Shown one piece after another: positions 1-12,949 of a stretch of 64,000 bases of DNA. Every line of letters begins with the position of its first letter. The stretch's first letter is position 1. Made by a program: the position numbers and the translations under genes. The stretch comes from Felis catus (taxonomy: Eukaryota): NCBI RefSeq assembly GCF_018350175.1, contig NC_058368.1:198650001-198714000 (forward strand). Reading direction: 5' to 3'. The notes beneath the pieces are model-generated. The model searched no databases. It was not told the DNA's origin and was given only the letters and a program-made list of their open reading frames with translations.

Positions 1-179
1 CGTGGGCTCTCAAGTCCAAAAGGTTTGGGTTCAGATCCTACCTCTGTCACCTATGAACTGCTGTTGCCCTGTCTACATCAGGGAAAATACTAGTGTAAAG
101 TGGAATGCATCCCACTTCCATTTAACTGTCATAGGGGCTACTCGTCCTTGTTGGGAATACAGTCTCAACAACTTACCAG

Positions 180-480
180 TTAAGATTGGAGTTGTTTCAA
201 AAGTAGGGGCTTCAACAGGTAGATGTTTCTTTTTTCTCAGGCAAGTCCGCAAGTCATTAGGGCCCTACGATGCTGCTGCTCACCGTGTATGGGCTTCAAG
301 TTCCTAGTTCATGGTGCTGCCAGAGCTCCTGCCATCACTTCTGCATTCCAGGCTGGAGGATGGACAAAGTGTGGAAGAGTGTACCTCCTTCTGGAGCCTT
401 AAGACTTTCTGATTGTATCACATTGACCAGAACTTGGTCACCTTGCCATACGGAGCTGCAAAAGAAGCTGGAGAATAGAA
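180..480 (-). mobile_element. MaLR LTR fragment (MLT1I/J-like), old
   Basis: Motifs gctcctgccatcacttctgcattccagg and cattgaccagaacttggtcac...gctgcaaaagaagctggagaat resemble antisense MLT1J-type LTRs (recalled consensus). Confidence 0.55.
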
Positions 481-1951
481 TTTTTTTTTTTTTCACTCCG
501 AAACCAACTTCTCTGTAGCTATCTTCAAATATTCTTCACATACCTGTATCTCTCCAGGTCTACTGCTTGAGATTACTAACAGGGTTGTTCTCTGCTTTGT
601 ATATCTCTTGTCTGTGTAGCTTCTTTGTATTCATACTTTTAGCTTCCTCATAAATTTAGGTCTCTCTGGTTCTTCATGGTCATGAAGTTGCTTAGTGGCT
701 TTGCTTTTTGGATTCTCTCAGCTTCACTTCCCTCTGCTAACGGCTTCATCTTGGTATTTTTTCACTCAGGTTTTGGAGAGCACGAACGATTGGTCTAGTC
801 TAGTTCTCCCTGCTGGGCCATACCGTGGTTGGCCAGCTTAAGGATGGACTGCTGTCTAGTTTAATCGGCTGGGGTAACCTTGGTTTTGAGCCTTTTCATC
901 TGTAGGGGTGTAGAGGCAGAGCAGGCTTTATAATGCGACAGACTGCTTTATCCTTGACAAATGGAACTTCTTCTGGCAGGGAGTTAGACATAAATCTTAA
1001 AAGGAGGATGTTTTTGCATATTATGAATTTTTGGTAGTATGTAGACAGTCAAGAAGTATCAATAACAGATTGGAGAGTGATTATTTGGAAATAGGATGTT
1101 TAAAGCATATACCTCAAATGATTGCCCATCCTGTGATATTTCATGATTTTGCTCATGTTGCTTTCATCTGGAATGGTCTCCTGTGCCTCCCTTTCACCGA
1201 GCTAATTCGGAATCTTTTATAACTCTGTTAAGGAGGTTTCCCCCTCTAGAGAGTCTTTAAGGGGTTCAGTGATCCTACTGTGTCTCCTCCCTAAAGCCCT
1301 TCGTAAATACCTCTTATGATAATGAACACACTTACATTGCCATTGTCCGTCTCAGGTCTGTTAAATTACTCTCTCCTGCATTAGAAGACCATTGATGCCA
1401 GTGTTTGGTCTCATTAATCTTTGTGGATCTAATATTTACCTAGCAATGCCTGTCACATTATTGATGCTGAGCAACTGTTTGTGTTCCTGTTCATTTTTTG
1501 TGTTTTTGGATTGAATTTCTCCCCGCGGCCTCCTAAAAAGTGAAGGAATAAACTCTCCAAGGTTAAGTGGTATTAATTTTAATCTGGTAAATTAGAAGGG
1601 CATCTGTTCCCTCTTTTCATACTCGTTAGAATTTTCAGAATTGTTCTTACCTTCACCGTTGAGCCAAAATTTGCTTTTGTGTGGTTGTTACCCGTGACTT
1701 TTAGTGCTATTTACAGAAGTTTGGCTAAAACGTTGTGGTGATGAAATCTATAAACTTAGATAGGATGATTTTCTGCTTGGGCTAGATGATTTCTGCTAGT
1801 GACTCTGTCCACCTGGGGTTATTTCTGCTATAGCTTTTCAAATCTTTGTGACTGAATTTCACAGAAAAATCATGCGTGATTATTTTTATTTTTTTTATTT
1901 TTAGTGGGTGAGGGCCATGGTTCCTTTTCGTTTATTAAAATGAAAAAAAAA

Positions 1952-2144
1952 TGTTTTATTTATCTTTGAGAGAGGGTGAGTGGGGGAGGGGCAGAGAGAG
2001 AGGGAGACACAGAATCTGAAGCAGGTTCCAGACTCTGAGCTGTTAGCACAGAGCCTAATGAGGGGCTGGAACCCATTAACAGTGAGATCAAGACCTTGAG
2101 CCAGAGTCAGACGCTTAAGTGACTGAGGCCCACAGGTGCGCCCC
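1952..2144 (-). mobile_element. Can-SINE (tRNA-derived carnivore SINE)
   Basis: T-rich tail, gagagagagggagacacagaatctgaagcagg, and head ending acgcttaagtgactgaggcccacaggtgcgcccc. Confidence 0.9.
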
Positions 2145-2150
2145 CTCCCC

Positions 2151-2349
2151 ATTTTAAAAAAATATTTTTTGAGAGAGAGAGAGTGTGTGTGTGTGTGTGG
2201 GTGGGTGGGTGGGCACGCACGCATGCAAGCAGGGTGGGGTGGGGCAGAGAGAGGGAGACAGAGGATCCGAAGCAGAATCTGCCTTTGACAACAGCAAGCC
2301 CACTGTGGGGCTCAAACTCTCAAACCGTGAGATCATGACCTGGGCCAAA
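2151..2349 (-). mobile_element. Can-SINE, 5'-truncated, with (GA)n(GT)n tract
   Basis: SINE body up to gagatcatgacctgggccaaa; the A-box head is absent; abuts the previous SINE. Confidence 0.85.
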
Positions 2350-4199
2350 GGATGATGGTGGCACTTTTATACGTGAAAACCTTGTAGACATGTGGAGAGG
2401 TCAATTTTGCTAGCTTTGCTTTAGAGGCAAATGCTTCTTGCCAGGCATTATCACCCTCTCTTTCCCTAGACTGAAGAAGTTATAAAATAGATGCTGAGGA
2501 ACAAAATCCTCCACGTTTTGTAAGCAAAACTTCATTTTATTTTGTAAATACACCTCTATGCCTTTCTAAAAGATAGTCCCCATTTGCTGAAAGCAACCTT
2601 CAACGCGTACTAAGGGAGTTGTTAAAAAAAGTTCACTGTTAACGTTATCAGTGACCACACTCGCAGAAGGAAATAGGGAGTTCTGAAGTAAGTGCATTCC
2701 CAGGGGATTGTCTCTGTCAGTCCGGAGTCTGTCAGACTGAAGCATACGGACTGACCTGGCCTTTGCTGAGGCAGGATTCCGCCCACTCAGCACCTTGGCG
2801 CTCCCATGCATCTTGGAATGCACTAGAACGGGTCTTCTCTGTCCACATCTCCCCGGCTCTTGCGTCTTTGCCTCCAGCGCATTTGTTTTGGGAGGCTGTC
2901 AAGAGAACCTGCTCATCTTCGCTTTCTTTGGCAAGACATGCGCCAGGTGTGGGCCTCATCTGAAGGGGTATTAACTGCTCTCCTTCCTCCTTTCTTGCTG
3001 TCCCAGTTCCAGTATATTACTCCTAGTACTCTGTGGCATTGGCTCAGCTAGATTAACCTTCCTTCTTCTGCTCACACACAGAATTACGGAGGAGAAAATA
3101 AGGCAACACGACCATCACCTTTCATCAGGATGAAGGATTACGTAACACAGCAAACTGTTAAAATAGCTTTTAGTAAAAGAGAAATAGTGTGTTTTCACAC
3201 CCTTTGGAACTGGAATTTGTTAGACCTTGAAATGCTTTTCGGACTGTTGCAGTCAATAACTTACTTTCTGCCGTCTTGTTGAAGATTTTTTTTTTCTTCT
3301 TTATTTTCATGCTCACCTTTGAAATATCTTAGGGAAAACAACAGTAAACTGTAAGTAATCCTATTTCAAATTGAGTGTTCTTTTTCTTCTGGATTACCCA
3401 TGTTTTTCTCTAGACCCGTCTTAACAGATTTGAACCAATCTGTGACTTGGGTTTTGACAGCATCTCTTTTGCACTTTTGTCTGATGAGACAGCAAAGATG
3501 AGAAGGTTATGGTTCGTGAAATAACATTCTTTAGTTCTTAGGCAAGTCTGCCTGTAGATTTATGAATGCTGATTTGGAGGCTACTGGGTCAGAGTTGATC
3601 TAGGGTAGAGCTTCATTCTTTAATTGGAAATAATTATTTCTGTTTTCACTCCTAACTATGTATGATGTCCCATGGGTTTACCATTAAAATAAAATGAGTT
3701 CTTACAAATAGAGTATCTGTACAGGGAGAGAATATGAACTAATCATTTTACGTATATTCCTGGTTCTTGTACCATGGCCAAAGGAAGTTTGGTTATGCTT
3801 TTAAACCTTTGTTTTCTGACTTCCTGTAATTGGAGGAGAGACGCCATTCACAAGAAAAATACCGTAGAGTGCATCTAGATTGAGTGGGATGGTGGTCCTG
3901 CTCCTTGGTCTGAGGTAGGATGGTCCGTGATGAGGCAGTATGGGTAAGGGTTGGAGAGAATGAGATAATAAGGCTAGTCAGAAGAAAACACACGTTCAGG
4001 AGTTTCAGGGTAATAATTTTGGCAATCCCAATAACAGTAGTTGTATGTTTTGGGAATGTGAAGGAGTATAAATAAAGTAGATTTTAAGTAACAACAAATG
4101 TCTTCACTTTTCAAAGATAAAGCTTTTAAAGAGTTACTCAAATGACAAATGCTAGGACTCCTTTATGGCACTGGGGACATCTACTTCTTAAAAATATTG

Positions 4200-4570
4200 T
4201 TGTGTAGCAGTTAGGATTAGGAGGCTGAGAGATACACCACGGTCTTGAAGCAAGTTCAAGGTTGATTTCTATGTCCTGTACAGAGTCTAGAGGAGGGTGG
4301 TGTGGAAATCCACTGTCACCCCTGTCCCCAGGCTCACTCATCACATGCCTGTCATTCTCTGGGTGCCCTCATAATCTAAGGTAGTCGCCGGAGCTACAGT
4401 GAATCTCGTGTTTCTACAGGGTGGAAAAAGAGCTCAGAAAGGCAGAAGAGCCAGAAGCGTCCCTCTTAGAGTCTGTTCCCTTTTTGCATCCTTTACTCAA
4501 GCCTTGCTATGGAGAACTTAGTTATGTAACTATCCCTAGCTCGAGGGAGAGCTGGAAAATAGATTTTTTT
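4200..4570 (-). mobile_element. Old MaLR LTR fragment (MLT1J/K-like)
   Basis: gaacttagttatgtaactatccctagctcgagggagagctggaaaat resembles the antisense MLT1J/K end; heavily diverged. Confidence 0.4.
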
Positions 4571-4748
4571 TATTCCAAATGACATAAGATATTTACTTGT
4601 CACTTGGGGGAAAATAACCTTTCCAGCTTACTGAGAGGGTTGTTAAGTCCATTTGTACAAAGTACAAATTGGTGTAATTTACAAAGGTGGAAGGGAAGTG
4701 TGAATGTTGGACAAGGTAATGAACGTTCTGTGTCTTGGCTCCAAGGGG

Positions 4749-4766
4749 GGCCTGTAGGTGGCATTG
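4749..4766 (+). promoter_or_regulatory. CTCF-like motif
   Basis: GGCCTGTAGGTGGCATTG matches the CTCF core CCNSYAGRKGGCR; motif match only. Confidence 0.3.
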
Positions 4767-6074
4767 CTCTGGGGTACTTTCAGTAACGCATTTCATTCAA
4801 AATAAATCTAGTAGTGTTGATAATGATGATGATACCTTAATGAAAATTCCCTAAGACTAAATCATCAGTCATTTGTTTTGAACATAGCACCAGTGAATGG
4901 AACTTTCTGAAAGTTTAGATTGAGTTTAAGAACTTCACCCAACAAATCATCTTCTAAGTTTGCTTTTTCTGTCGTTGTAATTTTTATTTGGATGTCCATG
5001 TGTATAGCCTTTGGCTTTTGATCTTTTCCTAATTTAATCATAGAGTTTAGTTTCTTCCAGATATCTGAAGACTTCTCTGAAGACTATTAGACTTATGCAG
5101 AATCAGTCTGATAGGACTTCGTGGCCTTCAGAAGGAATACATCTTTAAAAGCATTTTTGCTGCCAAGGGAGTCGGGATCCTGTATCTCTGCTTCTTGATA
5201 GCAGATACAGCTGTGGCTTAGATTGTGGCATTATAAATGTTTATGGAGAAGCCCTTACTTGACAGTAAACCATAAAAATAATGTCGGACTGTATAGAGTT
5301 AGGGTTATTTTGACAATCAACTTAATGTGCAAAAACGATTTCCCCAGTTAAATTCATACTCATGTTTGGTATGCGTAGTTTTGTGAGTGGGCATGAGTTT
5401 TAGGAATCTGAATTTGATTTGGGAGAAGTCATGAATTCTGAAGAGTGCTCCATTGATACTCAGAGACTAAGGACCTCCATCTTCTCTAAATGCAGCCCCT
5501 TTGAAATGTTCCATATTTAACTATGAGGCTTTCCTTTCTACAAAGATTACTTTTTTCTGGAAGGATTGTAGACCTTTATGATCTGCTAAGAACTGAACTA
5601 AATAAGTGCTTATAAAACTACTAGCAGTCAAAGACTTAAAAATTGGATATTTGAGCAGGATTTAAAAGAAATGAAATTAAGCCGTAACAACTAATCCCGT
5701 TTCTCAGATGGTACTGAATTGAATTGTTACCACTACTGCAGGATCTGCTTTATAGTCCCATGATCAAGCACTGTGCCACACTATTGCTCCGGTCTTACTT
5801 GAGCTGGCCTAGAAAAAGGCAGAGGGGGAAAAAAAAATTGAGCCACTTGCTCGTAAAGCAGACGTCAGAACACAGCAGATATTCTCTACAGAGGGAAGCA
5901 AGTCAAGGGGGGCACAAGTCAGTTCTGTGGGACAAACATTTAGTTGTAATTTCTTATTCTTAATCTCGTGGAGAATGTCTGAATGTATCCAGATCTCATT
6001 TGCCATTTGTAGAGTTGGCATTTACACGGTAAGCAATGTATGTTTTTGCAGTTCCAAATGTCATGAAAATATAA

Positions 6075-6570
6075 ATGAAGTGTTGGCAAGCACATGGAGC
6101 AATGGGAATGTTCTCCACTGCTGGTGGGAGTGTAGGTTTGTACAACCACTTTGGAAGGAAATAAAGTTGAGTGCCAGCATATTGAACGATGCGGGCAAAT
6201 CTACTCCCAGGTATATATATCTCAGAGAAATTGTGTAATTATAAGATGACCTATGCGGGGAATGTCCGTAGGAGAAATATTCACAAAAACACAATATTAG
6301 AAATGTCCGTCAGTAACAGACTAGATTAATTATGGAATTCTAATTTCCTAGTATGCTATATCGCAGCAAAAACCGATCCAAAAACATGTGCATGAGCCAC
6401 AGTTATACAATTCACAATACATTTTACAAACATAATTTGAATGCAAAAGCAAGTCACAGGAAAACACATGCAGTTTGATTTCATTTCTACAAGGTTCAGA
6501 AACTGCAAAGATAAGCAACACGTTCTTGTAGGATGCCCTATATTCGTAGATAAACTATAAAGAAAAGCAA
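6075..6570 (+). mobile_element. Ancient L1 (L1MC/L1ME-like) 3' fragment
   Basis: gtgttggcaagcacatggagcaatgggaatgttctccactgctggtgggagtgtagg...acaaccactttggaa is typical of the L1 ORF2 end/3'UTR; degenerate. Confidence 0.7.
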
Positions 6571-6575
6571 AATCA

Positions 6576-6759
6576 GGGCACCTGGGTGGCTCAGTCGGTT
6601 GAGCATCCGACTTCGGCCCAGGTCTTGATCCCACATGCCTTTGAGCCCCACTTTGGGCTCGCTGCCGTCAGCGCAGGATCTGCTTCAGATCCTCTCTCCC
6701 CCACTCTCTGCACCTCCCCCGCTCACGCATGCTCTCAAAAGTAGATGTTTCAGAAAAAT
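6576..6759 (+). mobile_element. Can-SINE with TSD aaaagcaaaat
   Basis: Head gggcacctgggtggctcagtcggttgagcatccgact; direct repeat at 6563-6573 and 6760-6770. Confidence 0.92.
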
Positions 6760-6794
6760 AAAAGCAAAATTGCAGATGTGGTTACATATTAGGG

Positions 6795-6994
6795 CAGCGG
6801 TTCTCAGCGGTGATTTCTGCCCTCCAGGGGATCCATGGCAATGGCTGGAGACCTTTTTGGTGGCCACGACGGAGGGTGTTGGTACTGGTGTCTAGTGGGT
6901 TGAGGCCAGGGGTTTCGCTAAACCTCCAACCATACACTGGCTAAGCACATTATATGGCTCAACATGTTGATGGTGCTGAGGTTGAGAAACTCTG
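6795..6994 (+). mobile_element. MER20 (hAT-Charlie MITE), near full length
   Basis: Termini cagcggttctca...gttgagaaactctg; internal ccctccagggg..ggcaatggctggagac..tctagtgggttgaggccaggg matches recalled MER20. Confidence 0.85.
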
Positions 6995-7260
6995 CTCTGG
7001 TAGAGTGGAGGGAAGGAGGAAAAGGCTTTAAAAGGTTCAGTGATACTCTACTTCATAACTTGAATGGCATGCACGTGGTGTTTGCCTTATAGTTATTCTT
7101 TAAGAAACATATTTCCTTTACATGCTTTTTTTGTACATGTTTTGCAACACACACACAAAATTCTAACACAGTTTAATGTTTTCTTTTTTCACCTCAGTCT
7201 CTGTCAGTTGACTCAAATGCCCTGAGCCCATTTCTTAATTCAGAAATATGGGGTGGTATT

Positions 7261-7474
7261 GGGACACCTGGATGGCTCAGTCGGTTGGGCGGCTGACTTC
7301 GGTTCAGGTCATGATCTCACCATTCATGAGTTCGAGCCCTATGTTGGGCCCTGTGCTGACAGCTCAGAGTCTGGAGCCTGCCTCGGATTCTGTGTCCCCC
7401 TTGCTCTCGGCCCCTCCCCTGCTCTCTGTCTCTCTCGCTCTCAAAAATAAACATTAAAAAAAATAATAAAAAAA
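7261..7474 (+). mobile_element. Can-SINE
   Basis: Full head with A and B boxes (gagttcgagccc), A-rich tail, degenerate TSD atg(g)ggtggtat. Confidence 0.92.
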
Positions 7475-8211
7475 TGGGTGGTATCTGTGTAGAAGACCAT
7501 GAAAGGACGTAAGATTCAGTGATAAAATGTCTTGACTTTTTCCTTCGAAGGCCTAAGCGGAGGGGTGTCTGAGACTATGGATGGGAGATACAATGGTGTT
7601 TACTTCTGAAGACCAAACTATTTCCTCAGAAAGGCCTTAAAAAGACTCAAAGTCTTTTTCCCACCTTGCAGAGAAAAATCCTTCATGTGTGTGCACAAAA
7701 AGTATAAGGAGATTGTTAAATGGATAAAGCAAGAATTCTGAGTAAATGAAAGGACCACAGGTCGTATGGTTGAGGGCAGGGAGCCTAGCCCGTGTCTGTC
7801 CTTGTATCTTCCGTGGTACCTTGTACAGCACCTGGTGCAGGATGAATGCTCAGTAGCTGTATGTTCCATTTATTCCATTAAAGCGAGCAGTTCTCAGTTT
7901 TGCCTTAGTTTGGATTTAAGAAGAATCAGGTTTTTATTCGTTCTGTCACTTCTTGTTTTAGCTGCTTGTCTCCACTGAATATCTTTTTATGTATTTTATA
8001 TATTCACTCGGGATGCTGGGTTTCGCATATAACATTTAGTCTCGAAACAAAATCGGATGGTATTCATCTGCAGTTAGATGAATAGGTTACTTGGGAGCTA
8101 CACAGGCTTTGTTTTCTTTTTTGTTTTGTTTTTTGTTTTTTAAAGTTCCTCCGTGGGCATGATTTTTGTTTTTTGATTGTTTGGGGTTTTTTTTTTTTTT
8201 TTTTTTTTTTT

Positions 8212-8620
8212 GAGTCCTCTGAGAAGCAGATGCCAAATTGGGATTAGGCACGCAAGAGAAGAGTTAGGGAAGTGTCTGTGAAGGCTAAGGGGGAGGGAAG
8301 AGAAGAAAGAGAACCTTCAGAGGGTGCTGCCGGTTCGACTCCCTTGAACGGAGCGTGGCCGTGGTGGAGCTCGAGACGGCAGTGAGGTCCTGAGAAGGTC
8401 TTGCCGGGGTCCTTTGGAGGCCTCCCTGTGCAGAGCTGCCTGTTGGAGGAGCCCCGAGATGGGCAGGAAAAGGCCTGACTTTGGGCCCTCTGCGTGCTCG
8501 GGCCCCGGCTGTCAGCAGCCCAGCAGAAGCACAGCCTCCCGTGGTGGACCTTGTGGCAGCTGGAGGCTGTCAGTTCTCTGTGCTTCTCTTGATGGGAGGT
8601 CTGAGCGTGGCCGCTGCCCC
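8212..8620 (-). mobile_element. ERVL solo LTR (LTR16-like)
   Basis: gagtcctctgagaagcagatgccaa..ggattag..gcaagaga and gcagctggaggctgtcag..tctcttgatgggaggtctgagcg resemble antisense LTR16. Confidence 0.7.
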
Positions 8621-8825
8621 AGGGAGTCAACGCAACAGGGTATTTACAACTGGAACCTGTGAGTACTGGCACGGTTGATGCCAGGAATTGTTTAGTTACT
8701 CTTGAGCACCTCGCGTGTAGTCTGGGCCGGGGACCAAGCAGGTGTTCGGTCTCTGCTTATTTAATGAAGAAGCTGTAGCTGTGAACTAATTCTAAGGTGG
8801 ATAAAAATTGTCCCTAAAAGGAGAA

Positions 8826-9178
8826 CGCTGCAGGCTGGAATGCTCCCCCTTTCCCACTTCCCACGTTGAAGCTCTAACCCCCAACTTGATGGTATTTAGA
8901 CACGGGGGCCTTTGGGGGCTGATCAGTAGGTTTCGATACAGTCATGAGGGTGGGGGCCTCACGACGGGATTAGCCCTTAGAAGAGACGTCAGAGTTTGTG
9001 CTCTACTCTGGGCCGCAAGCACACATGGAGAGGGTGGCCTTCTGTGAGCCAGGGAAAGAGGGACCAGAACTGGATCACATTGGTACCGTGATCTCTTACT
9101 TCTCACTGCAGGAAGACATAAACTTTAAGGCACCCATCCTATGGTATTTTGTTATGGCAGGCCACCCAGACTAAAACA
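8826..9178 (+). mobile_element. MaLR solo LTR (MLT1A-like)
   Basis: gttgaagctctaacccccaa..tgatggtattt..ggcctttgg; 3' end tatggtattttgttatggcag...gactaaaaca. Confidence 0.8.
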
Positions 9179-10906
9179 CAGAGGGAGGAAAAAAAACCTG
9201 CGAATCGTAAATAATACAAACCTGAAATCTTGTTGGCGCCTGTTGAAACTGAATGCTAAATTCTTAAATAGAAGAAATTGAAGATCATGGGTGAGACATG
9301 GTGTTCGGTGACTTTTATTTCTACGTGTTTTGAACTTTGCCAAATAGCAGCTGATTCAGCTCTTAAAAAATGAGAGAAAAGCTGTAGTTCCTACATGTTA
9401 GGAATCCATAATGTGAAACGAGCAAGACCGAAATGGAAGTTCTCAGCATGTCTGTCCTGTGTATATTCCAGGATATGAATGTGTTGTACACAGGTGAATG
9501 CATACTGAACCTTAAGCGTTAAAAACTTTAATAAAAATCATTACTGAGACAACAGAGGATATTCTGTATGCCGTCCACTCTTCTCCCAACATTTGGAATA
9601 GATAGAGCATTCTCTAGGAGTTGAAATGCTTATTTAGAGTGCCCTAACTCAAGGCTGAAGAAAAATTTACCTCTGGTCTTCTAGGCAGAAGATTTAAGCC
9701 ACGGGTGGGGAAAACTTTCTCAATAGAGTTATAAAGGCTACCAGGTTGAAACAGTGAAGCAGAAAAGTCTTTAGAACCAAGCCTCTGCTTGGAGGAGATA
9801 GCTCTTCTGTCCTGTGCAGTGTAGCACAGGAGGCAATGTGTGTTCTCTTGAATGTGATATCCTGTTGTATTACAAAGGAGTAATTTAGTTTTTGAAACAA
9901 AAGGAGTCCTGTTACGTGGATCTTAACTATTTTGGATATTAAACAACATTCATTGGGTTCTGGTCAGGAGGAAGGAGGGGAAGTAAATTCGGGCCAGGAG
10001 TTTACATTACAATTGTGGGTCTATGATTTTATGAAGTCCTGGCAGCGGAAGCAGGCCATACTTGAGAATGTGTTCTTGAAATGAGCCTTCTGCAGTCACC
10101 TGTAGATTAACCGTGGGCTAAAGGGTGCCCTGGGGCATAGCTGAGGACTTGCCTTTGGAATGGGTAAGTGCTCTCACAGGAAACTCCGGCTCTGGAGACT
10201 TCAGAGCTGCGAACTCTAACCATCACAGCAGCTGGTGGTGGCCAGAAGCAGGACGCAGTGGTAATCTGACCATCTAGCCGCCTTTGTATCAGACTGTGAA
10301 CCCCGTTGATCAAAACTAAGTGAAGAGGCCTTGGGTAAATCAAACCGGGTCAGTTAATCACTCCTCCTGGGTAAAGCACACAACCCCACTAGACGATTGT
10401 TGCCTTTCTGTAGCCAACACCTGCATGAACTCAAATTCTATCTAGTGATGGAGATTTGACTGAAAGAACACCAGTGAAATCACGTGCGTGGTTAGCGCTT
10501 TTGCGTAGTAATAATTCTTCTGACTTTGCAGAATGCGCCAAATGCTATTTTACTAGCAAACTTTCGTCCTTTAGGACAATAACAGTTGGTAAAAATGGGA
10601 TCCAGATTCATCCTGAGGTCGATTCATTCAGTAGTGAGTAGTGCTAATCCTCTGATCTAGCTATGACATTTGCTCATACCTGCTACCCTGCTCATATTTC
10701 AACTTCTGTGACTGTCCCCCCAGGAGGGGACGAGGAGAGCTACCTTTTGCTAGTACAGTTAAATGGGAAAACCATTGCATATTAATACTGTTAATACTGT
10801 GTGTTATTTAAACCACTTATTTCAGTCTAGCTTTTCAGGTCTGAACAAATGCTACCCTAAACTTCGACTGAGTTCTTCTAATACCTAGTGGCACATGTAA
10901 GGACCC

Positions 10907-11418
10907 TGCACTTCTTTCTTCTTGCTACTGAAGCAAATCACTACCGATTTTGTGGCTTGGAAGAACATAAGTTTATTCTTGCTCTGGAGGTCAGAAGTCT
11001 GAAGTAGGTCTCACTGGACTAAAGATGTTGGCAGGGGCTGCGTTCTTTCTGGAGGCTCTAGAAGAGTATCCAGTCCTTGGCTTTTTGGGCTACTGGGGGG
11101 CTGCCTATATTCCTTGGCTCGTGGCCCCCTTCCAGCAACAGCAGCAACCCAGCTGCCGCTTCAGTTGTTACGTCTATTTTTGCTGTCATGACTCCTTCTT
11201 GGTTACAGCTGACCCTCCACTCTCGCTCTTCGTGAGAATCCTTAGTGATGAAATTGGGTTTACCTGGGCGACCCAGGCTCACCTTCCCATCTCAAGATCC
11301 TTAACTTAATCTCCTCTGCAAAGGGCTCTTTGGCCATGTAAGGTAACGTATGCATGGGTTTCGGATATTAGGATATAGACCCCTGTGGGGGGCGGGGATG
11401 GAAGCATCTGCCTACCAC
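10907..11418 (-). mobile_element. MaLR solo LTR (MLT1C/D-like)
   Basis: ctggaggtcagaagtctgaa, ttccttggctcgtggccccct, cccatctcaagatccttaacttaat..tctgcaaag, gccatgtaaggtaac. Confidence 0.8.
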
Positions 11419-11810
11419 TGGCACCAAAGAGAAAAGTATAGAGCACTCGGTACAGCTGGCCATCATTCCTGGAGGGAAAGAAGATCAAGGTAGGCAAGTC
11501 CTGATGCTCAGTTTAAGATGTCATCATCGTGTAGAGCACCAAGGTTATGTCAGATAGACTGAAAGTCCTATAAATGGGCTCTTTAAATACTCTAGCAACA
11601 AATTCAAGAGCAGGTTTAATATGTGACCACGTGGAGAGGGCTGCTGTTGACCATACCTGTTGTGCTACTTGAAGATTCCAGCCTAAGTATTGGTTGTAAG
11701 CTGTGTGGGGTGTGGAGATGTGGGCAGTCATGCTAAAGAAGTGAAAACGCTCCAAGACTCCTCAGCTGAAGAAACTCAGCATAATTGTAGACTTTAATGG
11801 AACAGAGGTG

Positions 11811-12215
11811 AATTAAGATACTGGTTTGGCTGTTTTTAATAAAGATCAAAATAATAGTGGCTTAAACGGTAAGATTCTCGTGAATCCATTAGAGACACAG
11901 GCTCCTTCTAGCTTGTTCTTCCATTGCGCAGGTTATTCTGCTTGTGTGCCGGCTGAAGACCGCTCACCACTCCTGCATCTTTGTTAGTCTGTGGGAAAGA
12001 GGAAGCGGAGGACCAGCAGTTCCCTTTAGGGGCATGACCTTGGGGTTGCACGCATCACTTCCCCTCACCTCCCAAGTCCTGGACCTTGAGCCGTAGGCCC
12101 ACTTTACTACCAAGGAGGTTTGGAAATAGGGACTGTAGTAACGATGTAAGTAACTCTGAGGATTTTGCCCCTAAAGGGGAGGAGAGAATGGACAGTGGGG
12201 GAAATCTGCAGTCTG
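11811..12215 (-). mobile_element. MaLR LTR (MLT1J-like)
   Basis: aaaataatagtggcttaaac, caggctccttctagcttgtt, and end ggagagaatggacagtgggggaaatctgcagtctg. Confidence 0.6.
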
Positions 12216-12949
12216 TTTTCATGAGGAAATGAGCTAAGGCAGGTTGTCTGATGGCTGACGCACAGACCACCGCAGTATACCTTCAGGAAAGTGTGTAGAA
12301 CAGTCACTATTGCCTACAGCCATTGTCCACATAGACATTAATTGTGTGCATCGTGTGATTTTGTGTTTACGAGAAGTCCAGCTTCTGGTTGGATGGATAA
12401 TTGAGACTTCATAAGCCAAGATTGAATCTAATGATTTATAAATATCAATATATGTATTTTTGTCCAGACACATGCACATACATGGTTAGTGTTGGTGCTG
12501 GCAATTTTATTTTGGAGGGTGTAAGTGGGGGGTTATATGCTTTATAACCCAGGAAGTGAGAGTTCAGGATTGCTTTCTTCAGTAAAGTAACATTTTGAGG
12601 TTAAGTAAGAATATCTGGCTAACATTGCTAACTTTCCAGGCAGGGGAATTTAAAGTTTTACATTTAGCGGACCTGTTGGGAGCTGCAAATATCCCTCCTA
12701 AAAAATCTGTTTATACAGAATGAGTTGTACCATGGAATGTGTGAGATGGACAGGAATGCCTCCTTTTTTTTTTTTTTAACAGCTTTTGCAATTGGAGCCT
12801 AGATAAGAGCAAGATTAAATCTGTTTGGTTTAGGTGTTCTATTTTGGGGAATGAAGAATGCATTTGTTTTCTCTCTCTCAAGAACGAGCCTGGTCTGCTG
12901 CCAACCTGGAAGAGTCGAGCACGCTCCATTGAAGTCCTTCCCATTGACT

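Noticed and set aside
5102..5113. 12-nt complement to part of miR-21 (tatcagactgat on the minus strand)
   Set aside because: No seed match and the flanks do not resemble the miR-21 precursor; treated as coincidence.
7261..7345. tRNA-like A and B boxes in SINE heads
   Set aside because: Can-SINEs are tRNA-derived; these heads run into SINE body and poly-A, so they are not tRNA genes.
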